Of a stretch of 64,000 nucleotides of DNA, positions 34,695 to 44,442 are shown in pieces (position 1 is the first letter of the stretch; each line of letters starts with the position of its first letter). The notes under the pieces are model-generated. The model ran no database searches. It worked only from the letters and a program-made list of their open reading frames with translations, and had not been told where the DNA came from. The translations under genes and the position numbers were made by a program. Source of the stretch: Malacoraja senta. Its lineage: Eukaryota. The stretch is from contig CM075990.1 of assembly GCA_038087875.1 (NCBI GenBank), positions 4,714,001 through 4,778,000 of the forward strand, written 5' to 3'.

Positions 34695-35198
34695 ATAAAA
34701 ACTTGCCCCGCACACCTCCTTTAAACTTTGCCCCTCTCACCTCATTTCGTTGCCTCCGAGGACAGGCTCCGCCCACGTCATTTTCCGTGCCATCTGGCGC
34801 CCTATCATAAGTGATAGGAGCATAATTAGGCCATTCGTCCCATCGAGTCTACTCCGCCAATCAATCATGGCTGGTCTATCTTTCCCTCTCAACCCCATTC
34901 TTCTGTCTTCTTCCCGTAACCTTTGACAACCCTTACCAATCAAGTATCTGTCGATTTCTGCTTTAAAAATACTTTGATTGCATTTGTTCCCACTTGTCCC
35001 ACAGGTGTCTCCACCTTGGTACCAAAACAAGATGCAGAGCTACCAGAGATAGATACAAAGTGCTGGAGTAACTCAACGAGTCAGACAGCATCTCTGGAGA
35101 AAAAGGATGGGTGACGTTTGGGTCAGGAGCCTTGTTCAGACTGCCTGACCCGCTGAGTTACTCCAGTATGTGTCTAACTTCAGCATGAACCAGCAGTG

Positions 35199-35505
35199 GT
35201 GGCAAGGTGGTGCAGTGGTAGAGCTACCGTTTTACAGTTGTAGATCTGGTTCTATCCTGACTACAGGTGCTGACTGGACTGAGATTGTACGTTCTCCCCG
35301 TAGTCTCCGTGGGTTTTCTCCGAGATCTTCAGTTTCCTCCCACACTCCAAAGACGTACAGGTTTGTAGGTTAATTGGCCTGGTTATAAATGATAAATTGT
35401 CCCTGGTGCGTGTAGGATAGTGTTAATGTGCAGGGTTCACTGGTCGGTGCGGACTCTGTGGGCCGGAGGGCCTGTTTCCGCGCTGTATCTCTGAACTAAA
35501 CTAAA
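35199..35505 (+). mobile_element. HE1/V-SINE-type element
   Basis: tRNA-like head, core, and tail tgtatctctgaactaaactaaa. Confidence 0.8.
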
Positions 35506-35924
35506 ATGTTATTCCTCCTGCACAATGCATGGCCACCGGACTGACTGCACATGCGAGTTTCATACGTGTGCTGACACGTTAGATGGACATCATGTTGGCC
35601 CCTCCATCACACATATCAATCACACGCATTATCTGTACCTACACGACATGCACATACCATCCTGAAACACCAGACCAACACTGACACTCACATTGTACTG
35701 GCATATAACACTGCAGGAGTACGTGTTGTGGGACTAGCTGAACCTCGGTGCAGCCAACGCCAAAGCTCTGTGGGTGAGGACCTCAGTCTAGGGTCCTCCT
35801 GCTGCAGGACATTGAGGGGCACTGACACCGACATTATACTGATATATACCACTGCCACCAACATGCACATACACCTGATCACACTGACACAAGGAAGCAC
35901 TCACATACCAGAAGATGCACCTTT

Positions 35925-36400
35925 ATTTTCTATTTGCAAGAATAAACTTTATTTAGAATAAAAGATGTATACAGAACATCTCCAAAACAGGAACAGTACA
36001 AAACTCCTCAGACGTTCCAGTGTCTGTACATTCATTAGTGTCGTATGTGTTAGTGTTCACAACTACTCTGAATCCAAGCACCATGCTACTTCCCTTGTTT
36101 GAGGTGTGTCTCCACAATATCCCGCAGTGGGAGGACCCTAGACTGTGGTCGTCCCCGACAGAGCCTTGGCGTTGGCTGCACCGAGCTTCAGTGCGTTCCT
36201 CAGCACGTACCCCTGCTGTCTGGAGCGGGCCAGTCGGCTGGGAGGTCATTGAATTTCGGGCAGACCAAAGAGCGTCTTCAACCGAGTCAATGATCTTCAG
36301 CAGCACATGATGTCTGACTCCAAATGTGCCCCTGGGAATATTGCACTGACGTACACCATGATGCCATGTTCAGTCTGTTCCCCCACAATGGACTGGAGGA
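35925..36400 (-). mobile_element. Tx1-type L1-clade LINE 3' fragment (short inverted piece at about 35710-35820)
   Basis: Minus-strand LKIIDSVEDALWSARN and a decayed YVLR-ALKLGAANAKAL-type terminus; AATAAA and A-rich tail on the minus strand at about 35925-35953. Confidence 0.6.
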
Positions 36401-36689
36401 ATCTCCATGCTGCTGGGCGTGAAAGGTTTGAGCCTCCATTACAGATCCCATAGCACTTGACTGAGTAATGTTCCAGTATTTCTTTGAAGGGAACAAAGTT
36501 TCTTGCTAACTTCCCTTCTCCCAGTGGTATTGCAGTATCCTGATCTTGGACTCCAGCTCATCAACTCTTAACCTAAGTTCCTCGAGACAGAAACAAAAAG
36601 CTAGAGAACCTCAGCAGGTCCTCAAACTGCAGGCACAGCGATGTGTCATCAATCCGACACAGTGGAATTAGCTTGTAGGAAGATGGTAA

Positions 36690-38290
36690 CACCAGCTGGT
36701 AAGATGGGCAGAGCAATGGCAGATGCAAGTCTGGTTCATGCAAGTGCCCACTGCAGGACAGACACAATGAATGGTGGAGCTGTAGGGAATATTGAGGAAG
36801 AGAGGGACCTTGGTGTACACGTATCACTAAAGGTGACAGAACGTTAAAGCAGACATGTGGGTACTTGCCTTCATTAACCAGGGCATAGAATGTAAGAGCA
36901 GGGAGGTTATGGTACAGATTTATAACATTGGCTCAGACTGCTGTGTGTTCTAGTCACCATACTGTAAGGAGGTGTGATGGCACTGGAGAGGATGCAGCGA
37001 AAAGTCAGCAACATGTTCCTAAGGTTGAAACATTTTACTTATAAGAAAAGACTGGATTGGCTGGTCCGCTGGGATTTTTTCCCCCTTGGATGTGAGGCCA
37101 AAGAGGGACTTGCTTGAGGTATGCAACATTGTGAGGAGCACAGACAAGGTAGTTCTTGTACAGCCCCACGATATTGGAGAGTTTGCATTCCCACAAACTG
37201 TGCGTATTGTGATTTTCCGTAACCGCAAAAATTGACAACCATTGTTGTTTTTATCAACACATTCATGATTGAATGGAGGAACAGACTCGGTGGGCCGAAT
37301 GGCGTAATTCTGCTTCTATCACTTAGGACCTTATGATTCCTTTTATTTCGATGAGGGTAGAGTGGTGGATGTTGTCTACGTTAATTGTAGTAAGGCATTT
37401 GATAGTCCCTTATGGTAGGCTGATCCAAAAAAATAAGATGCATGGGATTAAGTGATTTTGTCATTTGCAATCAGAACTGGCTTACTGATTGAAGACTGAG
37501 GTTCATGGTAGAAAGACAAAATTCAGGCTGGAGGTCTGTGACCAGTGGCATTCGGCGGGGATCTCAACAGGGACCTCTGTTGTTTGTGACATGTATAAAT
37601 GACTAGGATATAAACATTGATGTGTTGATTAGTACATTTGCAGATGACACCTAGAATGCTGAGGGCGTAGATTGTGAGGAAGGCTGTTAAAGTCTAGTGC
37701 AATAAAGATCAGCTACAGAAATGGGCTGAGAAATATTAAAGGGCCTGTCCCACGATGCGAGTTTACCCATGAGCTCTCCCGAGTTTAAAAAAAATCAAAC
37801 TCGTGGTAAGTACGTAGCGGGTACGTCGGAGCTCGGGGACGTCTCGTAGCGGCTCGTAACGCTAACGGCAGGTACTCGGGAAACGCGGTAAGCTCGTGAA
37901 ACTCATGGAGTTTTTTCAACAGTGTGAAAAATTTCCAAGAGTTAAAAAATACTCGTGATGAAGTAGCGCGAGTATGATTTTTTAAAACTCGGGAGTGCTC
38001 TTGGGTAAACTCGTATCGTGGGACAGGCCCTTAATGCGAGCAAGTGTGAGGTGTTGCACTTTGGGCGGTCAAATTAAGGGAAAATATATACAATTAACGA
38101 CAAGACCCTTAACAGCATTGATGTACAGAGAGGTGTTGGGGTCCAAGTCCATTACTTTCAGAAAGGGGCAACGTAAGTAGATGGAGTGGTAAAGAAGGCA
38201 TAAGGTGTGCCTGGCTTCATGCGTCGGGGCATTGAGGTCTGATACAGCTTTATAGGATTTATAGGACTATGGTGAGACCACATTTGGGAA
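36690..38290 (+). mobile_element. Decayed CR1 ORF2 fragments
   Basis: Recognisable pieces ERDLGVHV, VDVVY..KAFD, WRSVTSG, INDLD-like, FADDT and FN..KCEVLHFG. Confidence 0.7.
37740..38031. mobile_element. PIF/Harbinger-type MITE
   Basis: TIRs AGGGCCTGTCCCACGAT(G/A)CGAGTTTACCCA...; TAA TSD at 37737-37739 and 38032-38034; 292 bp, CpG-rich. Confidence 0.85.
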
Positions 38291-38329
38291 ACTGCACACA
38301 CGCTCAGTTTTACACGGTTTGCAGCCATA

Positions 38330-39450
38330 AAGCACAGAAGCATGTCCTTTGGCCCAACATGTCCAGGCTGACCAAGATGCCCCATCTAAGCTAGTCCCAT
38401 TTGCCTGCATTTGGCCCATATCGCTCCAAACCTGTCCTATCCATGTATAATACTTCCATCCAGTCTCCCCTCACTGTTCTGCGTTCCAGAGAAAACAATC
38501 TAAATTTGTCCAACCACTCCCCGTAGCTAATCCTTTGTGCAATGGCATCTTGGTCAGCATGGGCGTGTTGGGCCAAAGAGCATGCTCCCGTGGCTCTAAA
38601 CCATGTAAAACTGAGGCTTGTGGAGGTAGTCATAGAGTGAAAGTGTGGAAACAGGCCCTTCGGCCCAACCTGCCCAACATGTCCCAACTACACTAGTCCC
38701 ATCTGCCTGCGCTTGGTCCATATCCCTCCAAACCTGTCCTATCCATGTACCTGTCTAACTGTTTCTTAAATGTTGGGATAGTCCCAGCCTCAACTACTTC
38801 CTCTGGCAGCTTGTTCCATACACCCACCACCCCTCAAATTCCTATTAAATATTTTCCCCTTTGCCTTAAACCTATGTCCTCTGTTTTTCAATTCCCTTAC
38901 TCTGGGCAAGAGATTCTGTGCATCTACTTGATCTATTTCTCTCATGATTTTATACACCTCAATAAGATCACCCCTCATCCTCATGTGCTTCAAGGAATAG
39001 AGTCCCAGCCTACCCAACCTCTCCCTACAGCTCAGATCCTCTAGTCCTGGCAACATCCTCGTAAATCTTCTCTGAACCCTTTCAAGCTTGGCAATATATT
39101 TCCTATAACATGGTGTCCAGAACTGAACACAATATTCTAAATGCGGTCTCACCAACGTTTTATACAACTGCAACATGACTTCCCAACTTCTATACTCCAT
39201 ACTCTAACTGATGAAGGCCAATGCTCCAAAAGTCTTTTTGACCACCTTATCTACCTGCGACTCGACCTTCATGGAACCATGCACTTGCACTCCTAGATCT
39301 CTCTGCTCTACAACACTCCCCAGAGGCCTACCATTCACTGTGTAGGTCCTGCCCATGTTAGATGTCCCAAATTGCAACACCTCACATTTCTCCCTATTAA
39401 ATTCCATCAACTATTCCTCAGTCCACCTGGCCAATCGATCCAGATCCTGT
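38330..39450 (-). mobile_element. CR1 LINE 3' region (about 1 kb) with nested CR1 tails
   Basis: Minus ORFs MEFNREKCEVLQFG...QRDLGVQVH and EVMLQLYKTLVRPHLEYCVQFWTP...LERVQRRFTRMLPG. Confidence 0.9.
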
Positions 39451-39672
39451 TGGGTCAAGCCCTGGTCACTGTAGATGGATTTCAGCTGAGCAGAGCAAAC
39501 TGCAATAGCCTCCGTGCCCGTGGTTTGAAGAATGCAAAGCAAAAAGGCAAATAGCTGCTGCCACGGAGAAATCCGACAGAAATGTAAGATAGAACACCCG
39601 GCAGGTGTGGCACCATTTGTGGCAAAAAAAATGGAGTTAATGCTTCATGTTGCTGAACGTTCAGCTAACTTG

Positions 39673-39966
39673 TGGCAGCACGGTGGCGCAGCGGTAGAGT
39701 TGCTGCCCCACAGCGCCAGAGACCCGGGTTCAATCCTGACATTGGGTGCTGTCTGTATGGAGTTTGTACGTTATCCCTGTAACCCATGGGTTTTCTCCAG
39801 CTGCTCCGGTTTCCTCCTACACTCCAAAGACGTACATATTTGGAGGTTAATTGGCTTTGGTAAGTTGTAAAATTGTCCCTAGTGTGTGTGGGTTAGTGTG
39901 CAGGATGATCGCTGGTCGGCACGGACTCGGTGGGCCGAAGGGCCTGTTTCCACGTTGTATCGGTAA
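39673..39966 (+). mobile_element. HE1/V-SINE-type element
   Basis: GCACGGTGGCGCAGCGGTAGAG...GGTTCAATCC...GGGCCGAAGGGCCTGTTTCC. Confidence 0.85.
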
Positions 39967-40189
39967 AGTGGAATAACAATGCTTACACATGAGAGAAAGA
40001 CACAAAATGCTTGGATAACTTAGCGGGTCAGGCTGTGTCTCTGGAGAGAAGGAATGAATAGGTGATGTTTTGGGTCGAGACGCATCATCAGACTGCTTAC
40101 ACATAATTCTTACACTGTTCATAATGCTTACACATAATTGACTGTGTCTCTTTTTGTTGATTCTCCTCACCACAGAGCGCCCATTCACC

Positions 40190-41983
40190 ATGGCCAAGTA
40201 CAATCGAAGGTTATCTGACAACGCCTTCCAGGTAAAGCAGGACATAGTGCACCGTAATACTTTGGAACCAGAATGCTTCCTGCTTTCAAAGAGCTCCTCT
40301 GACACCCTGTTTCCTCGGAAGGAAGAAAGGCAAATGACTAATCCACATTTGAGGAAAACTATCGGCAGCGTTGCCTCTCTGATGAACGCAGAAATGGGCA
40401 CGGGGTACCAGTGTCAGTCGTCGTGTTTCATGCCACGTAAGAACTTCACTATCGTCCCCTTGTGTGGCTGCTTCCAAATGGAATCCATCCCAGATCCCAC
40501 CCGGGTCTCGGAATGGGCAAAGCTTCAGGAGAATACAAAACTCCACGTCAACAGTCACACGAACAGCAGCTCAGACTTAACAAGGGACGCAGAGACGCTG
40601 TTATACAAAGACGCACATTTGGGGGTACTGCAAACCAAGTTGGTGTACAGGAGTTGCTCAGACATCATGTATGGTTACAGGGAGAACTGCTGCCAGGACA
40701 ATATAGCACACAGGCAGACCACGGCAAAACATCGAGTTACTGTGCCTGAGCCTGGTGCAACTCCTCATGGTGAAATGATAACTAAAGATTCTGATCAAAG
40801 GATAGTGATAAATATTTCAAGGGGTGAGACTGACAATGAACATCATGAAGCCATGGGAGGTAGTCCAATCACTCCTGGACATCAAGTGAAGAACACAGTT
40901 AATGTCTGCACTCCCATGCATCAGTGCCACTTCATGTTTACAGAGAGTTCCCACAGTTACCCAGGTATCGTGATTGTCCAAGAGTCTGGCAGGCAATGTC
41001 CAGATAATTGTATGAAAGGAGATGGGACCGTCACCAGGGATCGGGATGAGGCGGCATCTATGGAAGGAGATGGTTCAACGAGCAATCACAATTGTACTGG
41101 ACATCAAAGCCGTGTGATACCTGGCCTGAACATAGAAGAAACCGCGCCAGCTTTGTGCCATCCACTGCCAATCCCAGCCATTCATCTCATGCCGCGGCTG
41201 GTCAGTTCTGTCAGTGAGTCTGGAAGGGGAGACGGCAATGCATTTTGCCATTCGCTGCCAGTTTCTGGCATTCTGCCATTCCCACGCTTGGTGTCTTCAG
41301 TGAGTGAATCCGGTTTGGACACAAGGCATCTTCGGAAATGCCATGGAACCCCGGGAAATAATGTGGTCCCCACTGCGACTGGCGGAATCCCTCAGAATAC
41401 TTCAGATGCAATGAAAGCGGGACTGGATGATCCTTCTTATTCTTGTCAGCAAAATAGTCCAAATACTAACCTGGATGTGAGAACACGAGATATGTTCACT
41501 ATGACTTCTATAAGGGATCTGACCCTTGGCTGTCACTATCGACTGAAGCAGAAAGACGCAGAGGTGCAGACGTCATTTACAGCTGACTACAAGTCGGTGG
41601 GCACCAGCCCAATGTTTCCAACTGATTGCTGCTTGGCCCATTCCTTCCCAGAAGTTAACTTTGAGGAGATTCAGAAGTCCCCGGTCTGCGAAGTGAAGTG
41701 GGATGACAAAGGGATGACGTGGGAAGTCTATGGGGCCTCTGTCGACCCGGAGGTCCTCGGGCTGGCCATACAGAAACATCTGGAGATTCAGATCGAGCAA
41801 CATGAAAAGGACAGAGTAACCACAGCTGAGAAGACAGTGAGGCATTCGGATCCTCAGTTGGACGCCGCATGCGTGCTGGAACATCCACCAAAGGAGAAGA
41901 GACATTTGCCAGGTTTTAGGAAGATGCTGTCCACACTGAGGCATCCCACCTGTTGTGTGAGACCCACTGCAGTAATAGACTAA
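40190..41983 (+). CDS. GPRIN2: G protein-regulated inducer of neurite outgrowth 2 (single coding exon, 597 aa)
   Basis: ACCATGG Kozak start after a splice acceptor (ttctcctcaccacag ending at 40175). C-terminal GRIN domain SPVCEVKWDDKGMTWEVYGASVDPEVLGLAIQKHLEIQ and terminal RHPTCC. GPRIN2-type CHxLP...FPRLVSSVSESG motif. TIMM23 neighbourhood as on human 10q11. Confidence 0.9.
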   Translation: MAKYNRRLSDNAFQVKQDIVHRNTLEPECFLLSKSSSDTLFPRKEERQMTNPHLRKTIGSVASLMNAEMGTGYQCQSSCFMPRKNFTIVPLCGCFQMESIPDPTRVSEWAKLQENTKLHVNSHTNSSSDLTRDAETLLYKDAHLGVLQTKLVYRSCSDIMYGYRENCCQDNIAHRQTTAKHRVTVPEPGATPHGEMITKDSDQRIVINISRGETDNEHHEAMGGSPITPGHQVKNTVNVCTPMHQCHFMFTESSHSYPGIVIVQESGRQCPDNCMKGDGTVTRDRDEAASMEGDGSTSNHNCTGHQSRVIPGLNIEETAPALCHPLPIPAIHLMPRLVSSVSESGRGDGNAFCHSLPVSGILPFPRLVSSVSESGLDTRHLRKCHGTPGNNVVPTATGGIPQNTSDAMKAGLDDPSYSCQQNSPNTNLDVRTRDMFTMTSIRDLTLGCHYRLKQKDAEVQTSFTADYKSVGTSPMFPTDCCLAHSFPEVNFEEIQKSPVCEVKWDDKGMTWEVYGASVDPEVLGLAIQKHLEIQIEQHEKDRVTTAEKTVRHSDPQLDAACVLEHPPKEKRHLPGFRKMLSTLRHPTCCVRPTAVID

Positions 41984-42158
41984 TTGCTGTCTCCACTGTC
42001 GGGGAGTAAATCACATTTTTATTGGGGACAATGTATAGAAGCTGCAGTCACAAAACGTAAATGTGTTTTCTGCTCTCCACCCCCCCCTCCCCCCCCACAT
42101 CCCCGCCACAAACACACATTCCTGAATTCAGAATAATAATTTAGCGAGAGTTTTTTTT

Positions 42159-42164
42159 AATAAA
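42159..42164 (+). terminator. Candidate proximal polyA signal of GPRIN2
   Basis: AATAAA about 175 nt after the stop codon. Confidence 0.35.
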
Positions 42165-42230
42165 TAGTTTTCCTTTCGAGATATTTATGGGAGTAGCTGA
42201 TTCAGAAGTTGTGCAGCTTTCAGAAATTAT

Positions 42231-43150
42231 AGGTTGAGGTACTGAGATGGGTGTAGGAAAGGAGGGGGGGGAGTACGTGTGTGAGCCTGGTGCGGGTTGT
42301 TCAGGTGGATTAAAATGGCAAGTGATGCTGCGGTAAGATTATTGTGGCAGGGACCAAAGGGTGCCCTGGATGCGATGTTTCTAGGTATCGTGCTTTTCAA
42401 GTTTGTCGTTTTGGTGCTGTGAAAGAATAGTAATCTTGGACGAATGACTGATCTTTGCAAAGATATGGTGATGTGAGGCGGTTAGTTGCTGTAACACATG
42501 ACATCTAAATCCTCTTCTTTTCGTGTCCATCTTGTCACAAATGTTGGTCTCGCCGTCATCGTCCGTCCTGAAAAGGACGCAAGCTTCCAGCGACAATCAG
42601 TGGAAGCCATCACTTGTCGCCACGGATGATGGTGGTAGCGGAATTAGCTCAGGATAGCGACGTGGACGCCTTCTGCTATGGGGCCGGAAATCTAAATGAT
42701 TAATAGTAAATCTTGAAATAAACAAGACATCTGGGATGGGGGAGGAGAAAACTAACAATCCCATAGAATGATGGCGTTATACATCAACGAAGGGCAATTC
42801 ACTCTAAACATCACTGGAACTTTGGTAGAGATTCCCATTCACTCCTACACCAACGTCCTTTCCCACAGTCATAATTTTAGTTTTTTTTTTAATATACGTT
42901 TATCTAACACTTCATTGAAGATCACTAATGAATCAATTATCACCAGCGTTTAAGACAGAGCATTCACTGCGTAAAATAATATTTCCTCAGGTCACCTCAG
43001 GAAATTATATTTTTTATTATGTTTATCCAACTCTTTCAATTAAGGTTACTAATGAATTTACTATCACCCACCTTTGAGATGGAAGCATTCACCACGTAAA
43101 ATAATATTTCCTCAGGTCACCTCAGGATCTTAAATTTTGGTTGTTGACCT
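42231..43150. mobile_element. Possible non-autonomous DNA transposon (AGGT...ACCT ends, AT flanks)
   Basis: AT|AGGTTGA at the left and TTGACCT|AT at the right; CpG-rich interior; decayed THAP-like wording on the minus strand; internal tandem duplication of about 120 bp (42899-43127). Confidence 0.35.
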
Positions 43151-43380
43151 ATAGAAACATAGAAACATAGAAAATAGGTGCAGGAGTAGGCCATTCGGCC
43201 CTTTGAGCCTGCACCGCCATTCAATATGATCATGGCTGATCCGCCAACTCAGTATCCCGTACCTGTCTTCTCTCCATACCCCCTGATCCCTTTAGCCACA
43301 AGGCCACATCTAACTCCCTCTTAATGAACTGGCCTCAACTACTTTCTGTGGCAGAGAATTTCACAGATTCACCACTCTGT
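43151..43380 (-). mobile_element. CR1 3' tail fragment
   Basis: (atagaaac)n tail followed by aaaataggtgcaggagtaggccattcggccc. Confidence 0.75.
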
Positions 43381-44057
43381 CACTGGAAACAAAGGGCCTG
43401 TTTCCACGCTGTATCTCTAAACTAAATTAAACCTGTCAAATGTGTCCTAATCAGCTTCGTCAGCCACTCTACATTATTGAAATCCCTCTTAAACGTAGGA
43501 AATAGAAACAGGAATAGGCCATTCAGCCCTTCAAGCCAGCACCGCCATTCAATATGATCATGGCTGATCATCCAAAATCAGTACCCCGTTCCTGCTTTCT
43601 CCCCATATCCTTGATTCCGTCAGACCTGAGAGCTAAGAGCAAACAGTCATCTCTAATAAATCTGCCCTGTGCTCATATTAAGGCCTTGGTATCTGTACTA
43701 AAGTGTGGTAGTAAGAATTAAACTTAAAATTCCCAGAAGGGAACACTGTTTTATAATAACTTTCCAATTGCATTATATTAAGACTTAATATTTGCAAATA
43801 TTAAGTGGGTTTGTAGGTAAGATAGACACAAAATGCTGGAGTAACTCAGCAGGTCAGGCAGCATCTCTGGAGAAAAGGAATAGATGATGTTTCGGGTCGG
43901 AGGAAGGATTCTGACCTGAAACGTCACCAATTCCTTTTCTCCACTGATGCTGCTTGACCCTCTGGGTTACTCCAGCATCATCCAGCACTCCCTCCAATCC
44001 ATCTTCTGTATAAACCAACGTCTGCATTTCCTTCCTTCACATTGGGTTTGTTGGTAA

Positions 44058-44442
44058 GTGTGTAGGAAGGAACTGCAGATGCTGGTTTAAACCGAAGATA
44101 GACACAAAAAGCTGGAGTAACTCAGCGGGACAGGCAGCGTCTCTGGAGAGAGGGAATGGGTGACGTTTCGGGTCGAGACCCTTCTTCAGACTAGTTAGGG
44201 ATAAGGGAAAGGAGAGAAATAGACAATGATGTAGAGAGATAAAGCACAATGAATGAAAGATTTGCAAAAAAGTAATGATGGTAAAGGAAACAGGCCGTTG
44301 TTAGCAGTTTGTTGGGTGAAAACGAGAAGTTGGTGCGACTTGGTTGGGGGAGGGGTGGAGAGAGAGGGAATGCCGGGGTTACTTGAAGTTAGATAAATCA
44401 ATATTCATACCACTGGGCAGTAAGCCGCCGAAGCAAAATATA
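44058..44442 (-). mobile_element. Penelope-like element 3' end (ORF end, 3' UTR and hammerhead-bearing terminal repeat)
   Basis: Contiguous on the minus strand: ..GGLLPSGMNIDLSNFK*, pyrimidine-rich UTR, CTGAAGA..GAAACGTC, terminal repeat. Confidence 0.75.

Noticed and set aside
40154..40189. N-terminal extension of the 609-aa ORF (TTG start, MLILLTTERPFT)
   Set aside because: It overlaps the polypyrimidine tract and AG acceptor; the first ATG in Kozak context is at 40190.
39847..41944. Antisense ORFs overlapping GPRIN2
   Set aside because: Shadow ORFs of a coding exon and repeat sequence, with no motifs.
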